64,000 nucleotides of DNA, taken from Octopus vulgaris. Its lineage: Eukaryota. The stretch covers positions 120,590,001-120,654,000 of the forward strand of contig OX597814.1 of NCBI GenBank assembly GCA_951406725.2, given 5' to 3'. Shown one piece after another: positions 28,250 through 43,020 of the stretch. The stretch's first letter is position 1. Each line of letters starts with the position of its first letter. The notes under the pieces were generated by a model. That model searched no databases. It saw only the letters and a list, made by a program, of their open reading frames with translations, and was not told where the DNA came from. The position numbers were made by a program, and so were the translations under genes.

Positions 28250-28452
28250 GTGTCTGTGTTTGCCACCCCAACATCTCTTGACAACCGATGCTGGTGTGTT
28301 TACGTCTGCGTAACCTAGCGGTTCGCCAAAAAAGGATAGATTAATTACTAAGCTTACAAAGAATAAGTCCGGGGTGTATTTGTTCGACTAAAGGCCGTGC
28401 TCCAGCACGGCCACAGTCAAATGAGTGAAACAGGTAAAAGAGTAAAAGAGTA
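28250..28452 (+). mobile_element. SINE family B tail
   Basis: cttgacaaccgatgctggtgtgtttacg...gaaacaggtaaaagagtaaaagag. Confidence 0.8.
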
Positions 28453-28665
28453 AAAAAGAGTATACACAAATGTCTGTATATATATCTACATGCATACACA
28501 CACATAGTTACGCATATACACGTGCACTCACATATACAAGTATGCATCTTCAATTTTGTTTAGCTGTTTTGAAAGAAAAAAAATAGAAGGTGACAGAATC
28601 ATCCAAGTTTAAGAATAATTTTAAAGTATACAGAAGATATGTGTATATATAAAAGAGAGCTATAT

Positions 28666-28825
28666 ATACGACAGGCTTCGTTCAGTTTCCGTCTATCAAA
28701 TTCACTTAGAAGGATGTGGTTGGCATGAAGGTGTAGTAGAAGACATTTGAGCAATGTGCCACGCAGTGGGGCTGAACACTGAACCAGATGGTTGGGAAGC
28801 AAGCTTCTTACCACGCAGCCACACC
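28666..28825 (-). mobile_element. SINE family B head
   Basis: cgacaggcttcgttcagtttccgtc...cttaccacgcagccacacc. Confidence 0.75.
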
Positions 28826-29477
28826 TGGGGCTGAATACAATTGATTTTTTTTTAATGGCTTTAATCATTTGACAGTGCAATATGTGAAATAGGAAATGAA
28901 CTTCATCCTAAAAACACATTTTTACCTGTGTTTGTGTGTGTTGGAGGTATGTAGGCGTCTATGTATACGAGTGAAACCTCAGATTTGTTCGGCTCAACAT
29001 CGTAAGGTCGTGGACTTTATTCCCAGACAATTTGACCTAATGTAGCTTTGAGCACGATAACCAAATTTACACTGTTGCAGTCTGATCTGTTGAAGAAATA
29101 CCAGGATTAGCTGGGGTTAATCTCGTTCACTTGCTTGGACCTGGCATTGCACCAACTGGAGGAACTTAAAATCTCTCCGTATTATGCGCCTTGATAACCG
29201 GGTTAAGTCTCTCAACATATAAGCCATTTCTCTTGCAATTTAATTTAATTGCTTTACAATAGAATGAATAATATATTACGATATAATATCTTATAAATAT
29301 AAAAATGTTATAATAAATATGCAGACCTGCATCCGTTTTCATATGAGATGCATTCATTACATAATCGTTTGTAAATATATAGACGGGGAATTATATTATA
29401 CACACATGTATATCTGTGTTTGTGTTTGTGAGTGTATTCCAAGAAAAGACCCACATATAAAATGTATATACAAACGA

Positions 29478-29697
<220 letters not shown>

Positions 29698-30014
29698 TAT
29701 ATATATATATATAGTATAAATATATAAAATATACATATGTATCCACAAATGCATTTACATTTATATTTAATAGTTTTTATATGAAATTTATAATGCATAC
29801 ATACTGACACACACACACACATGCACACACACACATGCATGCACACACACACACAAACGTGCATTCACACACGCACACACGCATATTGAAAGGTAGATAT
29901 AGATCTATAAATAAATCGAACTATACACAAAAGCAATATTCATGTACATGTGTGCGCATTCAGTTATATAACGTTCATGCCTGTGTTAATGTCTATATAT
30001 GTGTTTATTTAAAG

Positions 30015-30087
<73 letters not shown>

Positions 30088-30192
30088 TATATTATATATA
30101 TTTATACACATGTGCACATACACGCACATACGTATGAATATTTTATTGTATATATGTGTGAATGTGTACGTTTATATATATATATATATGTA

Positions 30193-30228
<36 letters not shown>

Positions 30229-31178
30229 TGTCTGTATGTATGTATGAATGTATCAGATGTTCATTTGAAAATGCTCTTTGTTGTTTGCTACACTGTTTGT
30301 TCCAAAGCAGTCATTCGACAAACCTTTCATCAGTCGATCTGAACTCTGGCTATTTGCCAGTTATTTCTTATAGCTGCTGCCATTTCACAGCCATGATTTC
30401 CTATTAAATCATGCGCTAGTTTACCACGTCTGACGTTGTGTCTGTAGAAATTAGTTCAATTTAACTAGCTTGGCATAATGTGGCTTTAAAAGTTGTTGGA
30501 ACGATCTCAATCATGATACCCTTTTACAATCCATTTCATCTTACTTGTATTTACACATTTCGATGACACCCATTTATATAAAGACAGGAAGATACACAGA
30601 AATACACAGCTTCATACACGAGCAATCTTACAAGAAATACACATTAATAGATAACATGATACGACCCATTGCATTGCTGTGTCCACGACATTTACATGTA
30701 CGAAAAGCGAAAATATTCAGAAATTTCCTTGGCAACGCCGAACTAATCGGTTTCCTGTGCAAGCCTGAAGGTACACGATTGCAATTATACTAAATGATTC
30801 TAGTAAATAACTTTAAATTGCGAGCCATTCTTAGCACAAACCGAACATTGAGATTGCATCTTGCACTGTTTGGCGTTGTTTTATGTTTCAGTACAATGAA
30901 CTTTCCATCCATAATATCAGCTTCTGAATTTTCTTTGATTAATATAAATAGAACTTCTAAATTTGCTTGGCCATTAATATATGTTTACTGCTGGAATCGT
31001 GTGCCTATTTCACAGAAATATTTGTGATTCTTAAAAGTACAAACACACTATCAACTTTTCAAATAATTCCTTATGCATACTCATATATGTGTAGGTGTGT
31101 GTGTTAGTGTGTGTGTGTGTTTGTGTGTGTATGTGTGTGTCTGTGTGTGTGCGCACGTGTGTGTATGTGTGTATGTGT

Positions 31179-31477
31179 GTGGAGGCGCAATGGCCCGGTG
31201 GTTAGGGCTGCGGACTCGCGGTCAGAGGATCGCGGTTTCGATTCTCAGGCCGGGCGTTGTGTGCGTTTATTGAGCGAAAACACCTAAAGTTCCACGAGGC
31301 TCCGGCAGGAGGTGGTGGCGACTCTTGTTGTACTCTTTCACCCCAACTTTCTCTCACACTTTCTTCTAGTTTCTTGAATAACGCTGCGATGGACTGGCGT
31401 CCCGTCTAGCTGGGGGTAACACATACATCATAGAAACCCGGAATTCGGACCCATGAGCCTGACTAAGCTTGAAAAGT
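31179..31477 (+). mobile_element. SINE family C, near full length
   Basis: A-box-like TGGCCCGGTGG, B-box-like GGTTTCGATTC, followed by an (ATAA)n tail. Confidence 0.75.
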
Positions 31478-31904
31478 ACGCATAAATAAATAAATAAATA
31501 ATATATATATGCGTTTGTGTGCATGTATAGGTGTATGTGTGTATGTGTGTGTGGTTTTCTATGTGCGTGTGTTCTGCGTGTTTGTGTGTTTGCAAATAAG
31601 CTTAAGTAAATGTATATCAAATATACAAATATGTAAATATATGACGATAACTATATTGGGTTTAGAGATATTTTCACGGTAGCAGCGCCTAAATGCATAC
31701 ATATTTACCGGTATTTTCTACAACTGTTATGCGCCACATAGCAAACAGTAAGAAATGATTCTTAAATACAATCGAAATTGAAGATGAAGGTTTAAGATTC
31801 GTATTTTGTTAACCTTGTAAATTTTCGTTCAGCTGTAACAAAAGGCAAGAGTGTTGACTTGTGTTCATATAGCCTATAGGATTAAACTGACAAAATTTAA
31901 TATC

Positions 31905-32096
31905 GGTTTCAAATTTTGTCACCAGTCCAGCAATTTCAGGGTACGAGCTAAGTTGATTTTATCGACTCCAGTGTCCAACTAGTGCTTACTTTATGGACCC
32001 CGAAAGAATGAGTGGTAAACTTGATCTCGCTGGAATTTGAGCTCAGAATTTAAAGGCGGACAAAATGCCGCTAAGTAATTTGCCCAAAATGCCGCC
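31905..32096 (-). mobile_element. SINE family A, degenerate
   Basis: atcgactccagtg..ccccgaaagaatga..ggaatttgagctcagaa. Confidence 0.7.
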
Positions 32097-33570
32097 TTTC
32101 TAAGTAATATAGTAACTATATCAATATATGGGGTATGCGGAGAGAAAAACCGAATTCTTATCCAATCTTAAATTACTATGGGTTAAAATTATCAATGCTG
32201 TGAATGTTGCTTAGGTACCTACTTAGTTCATCTTCATAAATTGATTAGCCTTATGTTTGATTTGTCGAGATTTTGGCGAGGACTGTCCATGAAAAAAATT
32301 GCTTAGTTCGCCTGAACCGTCAGATGCAATTCTATCATATTATTTGCTTTTATTTCAAAATGTTTTATCTTAGATGTCTTTTCATAGGTTTTCCGAAGAC
32401 AGTAGCATACATATTGTATTTCAAATTTCACAATCGTTAAGAAAGTTGGATATCAGTGTCAAAACCTATTCAGTTCAAAACTTTTCACATTTTTCATGCT
32501 GGTAAAGAAAAGAAGAGATTTAGTACATGACTAAGTCATTATTGCTGTGAAACGAAATGTCTATTAGCATGGAATTGTGAATTTACTGTGTCACATCAGT
32601 CATGTTAAAGTCTATTCGAACCTATTTTTGGATGATGAGTTAGCTTAAATTAATTTTTCGGAGTGTCTAAAGGCGATGATTATAGTAGGCCGATATCGAA
32701 TAAGATATTTGTATGAACTTTTCATTTTGCATAATATTACAAGCTCATTTTCTAAAACCCATCAGACTGTATAAATCAGTAACACTGAAGTTACGCTATT
32801 GTGAGGATAACAGAACATTCTTGAGAAGGAATATTTCGTTTGTAAACATAGTGGATATCATTGAAAGAAATATATAACGAGAGATACTATATTGTACTAC
32901 ACATTTTCCCTTTATTTCCATTTCATATAAAAACTGACGGAAATATTTATATAGAAAAAATCGCGCATAAATTAAGAAGAGTATAATTTTGTATTTTCAA
33001 CGGTATGTTTATTAAGATAGAAAATAGACGTGAATATCCATTAAAAATTCAGCTCTACATGACTTAACGTTCATGTCATTTACTTTCTGAAAATTTAAAT
33101 TTGGCAAATACGATTTGAAGATTTGATTACTAATACTTCACGTGGATAAATAAATAATCCGACATCATCCTTTAAGTATAAGACAAACGCTACACATCTT
33201 ATATGTATAAATGTTTGCGCGCGTACATGTGTATGTATGTATATGTGTGTGTGTGTGTCTGTGTATGTATGTACACATGAATATATGCATGTATATTTGC
33301 ATATAAAGTGATTATATGAATTTGGATATGCCGGTAAGTTCAACATTAGAAAGGAGACGTGGCTAATCTCCTAACATGATATAGTAGATCAGTATTAAAA
33401 TGATTATCCTTATTCAGGATTTCAATAACGCCGAAAGAATATTATGTATGATATATTCTGAGAGAGTTATTAAATAGTGTTTGTTTTAACGGCGACTAAA
33501 ATTCGTGTGTTCTCAGATAAAGATGCACACACGCACACACATATCTGCACACATGCACACACACACATAG

Positions 33571-33601
<31 letters not shown>

Positions 33602-34524
33602 TGCATTTGTATGTGTGAGCGTGCACATACACACATATTTGTACATACATAATTATGCACATATACGTATATATAAGTGTATACGTATCGACATATATGC
33701 ACATATATTTATAAACGTGTGTTGTGTAAATTCAAGAAATCGGGAGATATGAGATAGGAATAGATAGAGCTACGTAATTCTCTTAATCCACATATTATAT
33801 TTCACTTTCATATATGTGTATGTGTGGCTAAGTATATGCACATGCACGTACTCAAAGACACACATACACGCACAAAAACATCCATGCTTATGTGTGTGCG
33901 AGTGTGATTGGGGCAGGGGAAAGATTGAGAGAGCGAGACAGAAAGTCAAATGAAGAGAAGTATTGCCGAGACAGTATGACTGAAACGACAAGGCAAAGGC
34001 GGGATTCCTGAATTCACTTAAGCATATAGCTGGGTAAAGTTCCCAAATTTCGCAGCAATAAAATAAGCTGCTATTGTTGGAAAAATAAATGGAATACTCC
34101 TGTTTCTCACAATATCATTCAGAAGTACCTTCCTATATATATGTGTGCGTGTATGTATGTGTGTGTATGCGTATGCTCACACATGCAAATGCATACATAC
34201 ATGTATACATACATATATATGTGGGGGAGGGGGTGTATGTGCGAGCGCGGCGTGTGTGTGTATCTTTATCTGAGAATACACAATACCCTTACAGAACCCT
34301 TATTCTGGGAATTTTAAGCTACTCGACCTCAAGAAGATTCTCACTGAGCACCATCTGCAAGGTTATGCGCTGTCTTCCTAGATATCAGATCACCAAGTCT
34401 CGCAGATATGGTTGTGATGCATGTGCCTGACCTACCTTTATCGGACGGATAGTCGTGATGGGTATACTGGGCTTTGTATACTTTACCACAGTATCACAGT
34501 AATGATATGCTCTGATCTCGCATT

Positions 34525-34770
<246 letters not shown>

Positions 34771-34789
34771 CAATATTAATGCGGATCGG

Positions 34790-35035
34790 GATAGGAAAGA
34801 GATTAAGAGATACCAGCCACTGACATAGGAAACTTATGTGGCATGAGGAAAGTCGTGGTCGTACGGTGATAATTCAAGTATTAGGAGCATTTTCCAAGGG
34901 CTTTGAAAAACATATTAAGAATATTGGAGCTGCTGTGAGGCTCGAGGGGGTTGGGTACAGCACGCATTAACAGGAGAAAGTACTACTTGGAACATTTGGT
35001 GATTTGTTGATGCCTGCTTTCAAGTGAAGGAAAAC
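34790..35035 (+). mobile_element. Dong/R4-like LINE 3' remnant (end of the restriction-like endonuclease region)
   Basis: Frameshifted RYQPL..GMRKVVVV.VII..LGAFSKGFEKHIKNIG...LGTARI, typical of R4/Dong C-termini. Confidence 0.6.
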
Positions 35036-35040
35036 CTATT

Positions 35041-35250
35041 TCTTTACTACCCACAAGGGGCTTAACACAGAGGGGACAAACAAGGACAGACAAACGGATT
35101 AAGTCGATTACATCGACCCCAGTGCGTAAATGGTACTTATTTAATCGACCCCGAAAGGATGAAAGGCAAAAATTTGAACTCAGAACGTAGTGGCAGACGA
35201 AATACCGCTAAGCATTTCGCCCGGCGTGCTAACGTTTCTGCCAGCTCGTC
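35041..35250 (-). mobile_element. SINE family A copy
   Basis: High similarity to 2231 and 53537, with a short internal deletion. Confidence 0.85.
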
Positions 35251-35289
35251 GATAATTAAGAACTATCCGAGAGTCTTTCAGAATAACAA

Positions 35290-35810
35290 TAATAACAATA
35301 ATAATTCCTGATGCTATAACAGGCAGTGGCACTCGTGGCATCTGATTTTAGCTGGTTGGAAGTGAAGCCATTTACATGTGTGTCTTGGTGTAAAAGATGT
35401 GCTACAGCAAATATTCTGCTCGGTACTATAGATTTACTAGTCAGTTGCTTCACATTAACCATTTGATCATACTCCTTAGTGGCTTACGATATGTGCATCT
35501 ATGAGTATTGGAGGAGCCTTATAGACATATGTTATGAGGAGTTCTTACATCTGGGAACATTGGTGTTTTGTTCCTCATCCTTAAATCACGCTTATTCAAG
35601 GACAGTTTGGGCCACACCGTCTGAGGAAAATTGTATTTGGGTCTCATCTACTAGGTTATGTGTTGTGTCTCTTGATATGACAGCGCATGTCATATCAAGT
35701 GTCATGACAGGTACTGGTAATTGTGATGTATTTGCATCATGACGGGTAGTCATGTTTGGTATATTGGGCTTTGTATATTTGTACTCCAATGGCACTTTGC
35801 TGGCACGCAC
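35290..35810 (-). mobile_element. LINE 3' end with (ATT)n tail, probably R4/Dong-like
   Basis: 35305-35510 is homologous to 57575-57790; both abut (AAT)n; decayed coding remnant QLPVPVMT..AQTVL. Confidence 0.5.
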
Positions 35811-36214
35811 TCCTCTCTTACATAATAATAATAATTTTCATCATGATCATATTTAAAAGCATCATGTGTACTACAATCGTTGTTCAGTGAAATCAGCTTT
35901 TCTTTTGACGCCCAACTTAACATTTGATATATACGGATAATTGTGTTATTGTTTACTATATATCAAATATTCAGTTTTTTGGCTACGTGATATTGAAATT
36001 TAATAATGTAATTATCGCTTAAAATGTTTTATAAAAGAGGTATTATTTTCAATAGCTATCATTGAATTTATTTAATCGGGAAAAATTCTTGTAAAAAATC
36101 CTTCACAGAGAAAATGTTTTGCTTATACAGCTGGTGCTTAAAAAATGGTGTATATAATTTGCAATTCGTTGAGTAAATGTTGATATAAAAAAAGAACATC
36201 CTTATATGCATTTG

Positions 36215-36500
36215 TGAAGACGCGCAGCTTACTAGTTATGGTGTTGTAATTACAATCATGGTTTCGATTCCCGGTCAGACTTGTGGGTTGTACTGTAGCA
36301 AAACTGATTTGTACTGTAGAAAAGCACTTGAATTCATGTTACTCCAGTCTACTCGGCTATGAATGCGTAACCCAAACACGGACAGGTGTATTGTTCAAGA
36401 GGACTGATTTAAACTCGACAGCTTATAACCTCTGGAACCAGGAAACCAGCACCGTGAGTCGCAGGAATCGAGATAGTACTTACTCTAACAGAATGGAGCT
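36215..36500 (+). mobile_element. Degenerate tRNA-derived SINE
   Basis: gtgaagacgcgcagctt...ggtttcgattcccgg head; ggaaaccagcaccgtgag tail resembles family C. Confidence 0.5.
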
Positions 36501-38035
36501 AAGCGTTTATACAATAAATAAATGTCAAAACCTAGATACAACAACACGTAGTTTTTCGTTTGATACGCATGAACATAGTTAAGAGGAGAAAAATGACTCA
36601 GCATAGAATATTTAAATGTTATTGTACGCATTGATTACTCACCACTTTTATTAACGATTAGTTTGTAGATGCTTGATAAATTGTAAGAATGTGCCAACTG
36701 GCAGAAGTAAAAGAGCTGTATTATCTTAAACATATTAACATCCACTCGTCTCCTTAACATAAACAGAAAAACATTAAACGTTTTCATAGTCATTTCTACA
36801 GTGGAAAGTTCAATTGCAGCTCTACTAAATAAAACTGCATTTTGTCATTACTTTATTCATCAGCAAATATATTATGTTAATATGGTAATGAAATATTTAT
36901 AAAACAAATGCTGTGTTTTCACAACACTTTAAAATTTCTCCTTCTGAGAAAAATAAATATTTGTAAATGCTTTCCAAAGAATATCTCCTACATCTATTTA
37001 TTGTAGGCGTGTGAAATCTGGTAACATCATTCTTCTTGTGTAAACAATATTATTCGTATCTTAACGCATGATATTTATAAATGTCGTTATATGCATATAG
37101 GTAAAGAGGTTTCCCGGTGGTGTTTTGTGTCTTTGAGCAAGGTACTTTGTTTCATGTTGCTCCAGTAGTGCCTGTGTTAGTGTCTGGGTAGTGCCTGTAT
37201 TTCACTGAGCCAGCGTTTCTTCATTCTGTGTCACGTTGAATCTCCTTGGAAACTATGTTAAAGGTAGGCGTGTCTGTAGGGTGCTCAGCTACTTTCACTT
37301 TCATTTCACGAGCAGCTTTTTCCGTTGATCATATCAACTGGAAACCTCAGCGTCGTAGCCGATTAGGTACCACTATTTTATGTGTATGCAAGACTGATAA
37401 TCAAAATTCGGCTATGAACGCTCATTTTAAAAATGTTCGGCTAATTTGAACATGACCATAGCTTTTCATTTTTGCATTTTGGCGTGAACAACGACTTCTC
37501 CATACAAGCAATGTGTATAAATACCACGCATGCTCCATGTAAGGTCAGTGAACTATCAGTCAGTGGTGCTTAATCAATAGTTACATAAGTCTTTATATTA
37601 AAGAATTTGCAATGAATATACGATAAATATACCATGATATATTAACCGTGATATGTGTTTGTGATATATTAAGATTCAGACAAGGCACTGTCAAATTTAT
37701 TGATCCGTCGAGGAAAGTTGTTTCTGTAGATTTGTTCCAAATAGTCTGCCATTTTAACAGAACATGTATACAATAAGAAACATAGACAGCGTTAGGAAAA
37801 CGGAAAGTAAAAGGCAACAGTTGCAACAGATTAAACTAATATAAGAGGATATATTGAATGCATGTCATTTATTTCAATTATTGTGGTATTACGTCATGCA
37901 GACGAGCGGCAATACACACATACATATATATACACACATATATATACATATAACTATATAGATGTACTTATATGTACATATCTATCTAGCAATTCATCTA
38001 CCTATACATACATACATACATACATACGAACACAC

Positions 38036-38080
<45 letters not shown>

Positions 38081-38489
38081 TATGTGTATGTGTGTGTGTG
38101 TGTGTTTAAGTCTGCTGTGCGTTTGGCTGATGAGTGCACATACATGGCTACATGGGAAGACTAAAAGTAAAAGAAACTACTTACATTATAGGATTCATGA
38201 TTCTCAGACAATCGATATATAACATTATACACTTCATATCCATTTCTACTCATCGAATTGTACTTCAGCCAAATAATGAATGTTTGTTATTGATTTGTAG
38301 CAACACACCGTATATATATATATATATACACTCTCTCTCACACACACGCACACACATATATATATGCATGAGTACATATATTTATATATATATATATTAG
38401 CGTTTGTCAGTGTGCGTACATGTAATAAATATAATGCATAACGTATATCAAACACACGTAAATACGCACACACTGGCATACACATATAT

Positions 38490-38522
<33 letters not shown>

Positions 38523-39289
38523 TTTGTGTGTGTAAAATCTAGTTTGTTGTAAGCAGATAGCACCATAGCACGAGATTTTAATGACTGCATGCAGAAAAGG
38601 TCAGGGTCTTCTCTTGTACTTCAACAACAGGATCCCAGAGATCAGTGCATTTCAAAATTTAGTAAAGATAATAAGTGTCTTATGTCAAGAACTCGTGCAT
38701 ATTGATGTCTCCCTGGACATGTATTATTCACATATAACGAAGACGCAGACTGTTATCCTTAGATCTCTTAGTTGTTCTGAATTATAAAATTATATTTTGG
38801 AGACTCTAGGTGTAATTTTGCTGCTCTTGGTGTGAATACATATACGCCGTAACGTTATTAAATCTTAATCATGTTGTATGATGAGATCTATTCACCAAGC
38901 CCTTATGATCCAGTACATTTACAGGTACTGATATATTTTTACTTCTGTTCGCGCTGAATGTTCGAAGCATCACATGATTTTCTCAACCGCATATTACCCC
39001 TTACGCACCAGCGCAGAACATTAGTAGTTTTAAATACGAGTATCTCTGCTGCTAGACTGTAACCACCTCGGTCACTTTCATATAAATAGACTTTCATATA
39101 AATACAAGTTGAATGGGAAAGGAAAAGAACTAGAGGATGAGACAAAACATGGGTAGTAAATTCCGACTTAAGGGAAGTGATGGAAGGTAAATGGAAGTGG
39201 TGGAATATGGTAGAGTTGTTCATGAAAATAAGAGAAAACTTTATATAAAGTAGTAGGTGGAGTCTGCTTGTAAGCTAAATTTCCTATGA

Positions 39290-39560
39290 GAAGCTACATG
39301 GTTTAGTTGTTAGGGTTTTGCGCTAATGATGACGAGATTGTAGGTGTCAATCTCTGGGTTGGTTTGTGCGTTGTGTTTTGGGGAAATCACTTCATATCAC
39401 GTCACTCTGTGATCACTTAGACACCTGATATGTGGTACATCGTGTACATGTTCAGGCAACGTCGATTTGATGGAGTGAGTGATCTAATGTACAGTACAAG
39501 CATTTGATAAATATAAGCAAATCATTTGAGCAGGTTTTTCAGCAAGAAATTTCAGAACTA
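39290..39560 (+). mobile_element. Degenerate tRNA-derived SINE
   Basis: catggtttagttgttaggg head and gcgttgtgttttgggg..cactt core-like segment. Confidence 0.45.
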
Positions 39561-40339
39561 TTTTTGACTACGAGAATGTATCCTCATTATATTTCCCCTG
39601 TGTGGAACGCTTAACTGATCCTTCACTAGCTTCAATATAACATGTGATAATAATGTGGTCTTAACGTTTGTATCTTATATCTCTTTGCATGCAGACACGA
39701 ATATTCAGTTTATTTTTCATCTAACGTAAGTTAGCCCGCATCAAAACTCTGAGATTTTAATTCCCAACACGACTTTACTTGACAGATACACACCCTCAGT
39801 TTCGTCACAGCTATTCTACAAATGAATGCAGGACTTAGCATCTACCAATCGTTCTAATACTCGTTGAAATTTGAGAATCTATTAGAGTTAGCTATATCCC
39901 AATACCTGAAACTCTATCGGCTCTCGGTTCATTTATGTACAAATGTGCAGGTGATTCTGAAACAGACTTGTATCTGTCAGTTAATAAAGTAGAGTTTAGC
40001 TAATATTTTTTGTATCTTAGGCATTGGTTCATCTGAATGAATATAACTATCTCCCTCTTTTTCTGTTTTATTTTTTAAAAATTCTTTTTCTTTCCCTGAG
40101 ATTATTCTCATCTGTGCCATATGAATATATTGATAATACCGGATCTATACTGAATAATACGAAGTATATAGTCTGTCTGACATCTTTACATCACATTTTT
40201 TGGTTGCATGTGTTTTAAACAAAATCAATAACTCGCAGAACTGGCAGTGGAACACTTGTCAAAACTTATAGTTTGAAATGGTTTTCATTTTGGCTTTGAA
40301 AGATTTCGTCCCCTGTGTTACATCAAACGCTTGTGATTT

Positions 40340-40490
40340 CGTTTACTTGTTTCAGTCACTGGACTGCGTACATGAGGGGATGCTGGTTTGTAATTATGTA
40401 GTCAAACGAATAGAACCTAGTACTTAATTTTTTCAGGCTTCGAATGTATTCTATTGGTCTCGTCACCAAAACGCTAAGTTAAGGTGACAT
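40340..40490 (-). mobile_element. SINE family B tail, degenerate
   Basis: ttacttgtttcagtcactggactgcg...cctagtactt..cgctaagtta. Confidence 0.55.
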
Positions 40491-40690
40491 ACGCTCACGG
40501 ATACATATTTTTTGTGGAGATCGCTGACAAATATAGACACAGACTGACACACATATCTATCGAGCTATCTATATTGATATATATCTGTGTGTGTATACAT
40601 ATAATGATGATGATAAAATACTACTACTACTACTACTACTACTACTAATAATAATAATAATGATAATAATGATAATGATGATAATAATAA

Positions 40691-40989
40691 ATCGTGTTAA
40701 CTGGAACGACTCGATCGTGTTAACTGGAATGACTCAACCGTGTTAACTGGAACGACTCGATCGTGTTAACTGGAATGACTCAATCGTGTTAACTGGAACG
40801 ACTCGATCGTGTTAACTGGAACGACTCGATCGTGTTAACTGGAACGACTCGATCGTGTTAACTGGAACGACTCGATCGTGTTAACTGGAACGACTCGATC
40901 GTGTTAACTGGAATAACTCAATCGTGTTAACTGGAACGACTCGATCATGTTAATAGGAACGACTCAATCGTGTTAACTGGAACGACTCA
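40691..40989. repeat. Minisatellite, 13 x 23 bp (ATCGTGTTAACTGGAACGACTCG)
   Basis: Head-to-tail units spanning 299 bp, few substitutions, no spacers. Confidence 0.95.
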
Positions 40990-41885
40990 TGTACTGAGAA
41001 GAGTATTATCACTGTGAAAACAACATCCATTCATGAATTTATTTATTTTTTAATACATATTTTACCTGTGAATTTGCGTGTGTAATCTTGCAATACATAC
41101 AATGAGATTCTCTGCCATAGGTGTATGGAAAACACTCGGCGAGAAGTCGCAGAAAATTTAAAGAAAGAAGGAAAAATTAAATAATGATGACAGACATCTG
41201 GTGAAATTCTCTTCCAAACATGAAATATACGAACTACGACCGAAGTTGACCATATTGGCGGGGTGTGGGTCGTCCGTTGTGTGTGTGTACGAAATTCATC
41301 TTCTGGTTACTTTAGAAATTATTGATATTATCTCAAATAACTGCGGAATTCCTGAACGAGGTCCAACAGAAATATACCCCAACTGCGGATAACACACGGT
41401 AGCCCTAACTGCAGTTAACACTCGGTAGCCCAAACTGTGTCAGTGCTTTAATAAACACTTCAACTCACTAATCGATATATACCTTTTCGTCGAAAATATC
41501 AAATATATATACACTTGCGTCAGAAATTAATTAGCACTTCTCAAATTTCTACATTAAATAGGTTAAATCAATTAACCTATGAGCTGTTCAAAACGTCTTA
41601 CGCGATGAGAAAACTTAGTATGGTGTGATTTCGGTCCTTGCGAGGCGCTACCTATATCTATTAAACAAAGGAAGATTTGTCTGCATCCGCACTCCAATTT
41701 GTTGCACTGCTATGTCAACATCATAAGGCTGTAGACTCTCAAACTGCTCTGCAAACAAAGTTACGTCATCGTTCTGCGCAACAGTGAACTCGCAACAAAG
41801 CAATAATTCGAGATATGGCCACTAGGTGACAGCACATACCTTGAGTGAAGAGCAAATCAAGGGTGCTAATTAATTTCTGACGGTA

Positions 41886-41928
<43 letters not shown>

Positions 41929-42057
41929 TAATGCTTAGATAGGTGAGGACCGAAATCCTTCAAAAGGATGTCAAACAACCAACTCCGCCGGTACAGTCCA
42001 AGTAATGAATATATATAAAAATATATATTCACTAATTGCAAAACAACAGTAAATGCA

Positions 42058-42222
42058 GTATAAGGAAAGGAAAAATTGTAAGTGTAGACGAACTTAAATT
42101 CATAACCCATGTTGGTACAGAAACAATATAAATTCTACAAGTTTTTTCGCAATGTATATTGGTACCAACTTGGTTTTTAATTTAAAGTTCGTTTACACTT
42201 ACAATTTTCGTTTTACTTATAC
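42058..42222. repeat. Imperfect ~61-bp inverted repeat (MITE-like hairpin)
   Basis: Arms 42058-42118 and 42162-42222 (aattgtaagtgtagacgaactt / aagttcgtttacacttacaatt). Confidence 0.8.
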
Positions 42223-42712
42223 CTTATATATATACAACGCGCTTCATTCTATTTCCATCTACCAAATCCAGTCACAAGGCTTCTATCCACTCGACGTTAT
42301 AGTAAGACTCACTCAAAAATTACGAAGCCATGTGCTTGAGGAGAACACTTATTACTACGCAGCTGTGCCTGCGCCTAGAGACACACCACACACACATAAA
42401 CACACCGCATTGCACACACAGACATACACGCAGAACACAAATGTTTTGTACAATTTGGTCTGCAATTTGGATAAACACAAAATACACTCCAACTAAACTA
42501 CCATTTTATGTTCAATTAAAGAATTTTCACATTAATTAATTAGTCAAGGAAATAATTAATTGCTTGTATTGTAATAGAACATTTTGATCTTATCGATGAC
42601 CTCTCCTATGTATGTACTAGCACATACTTGGTTCGTGCTCCGTGTTACTTTTTTGGAATGTAAAACATAATTTCTTTGCTCAGTAATGTAGAACACATGA
42701 ATTGTGCCAACA

Positions 42713-42938
42713 GGCGGCGAGCTGGCAGAACCGTTAGCACGCGGGTGAAATTCTTAGCGGTATTTCGTCTGCGGTTAGGTTCTAAGTTCAAATTCCGCAG
42801 AAGTCGACTTTGCCTTTCATCCTTTCGGGGTTGATAAATTAAGTACCAGTTACGCACTGGGGACGATGTAATCGACTTAATTCGTTTGTCTGTCTTTGTT
42901 TGTCGCCTCTATGTTTAGCCCTTTGTGAGTAGTAAAGG
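42713..42938 (+). mobile_element. SINE family A, full length
   Basis: GGCGGCGAGCTGGCAGAACCGTTAGC...GTTCAAATTCC...GCCTTTCATCCTTTCGGGG. Confidence 0.85.
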
Positions 42939-43020
42939 AACATATATTTTGCATCAGATTTTTAGTATGTTATGTGCTTTTGTGTTTAATGGTGACTGGT
43001 GTGTGCTTGTGTGTACGTAG

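Noticed and set aside
38560-38950. Very decayed LINE RT-like traces (also about 59200-59900)
   Set aside because: Only loose motif resemblance; cannot be supported without a profile search
40691-40989. CRISPR-like array
   Set aside because: Units are contiguous with no unique spacers, there are no cas genes, and the context is eukaryotic
42713-42800. tRNA genes suggested by A/B-box-like motifs (here and at other SINE heads)
   Set aside because: No complete cloverleaf; they continue into SINE bodies
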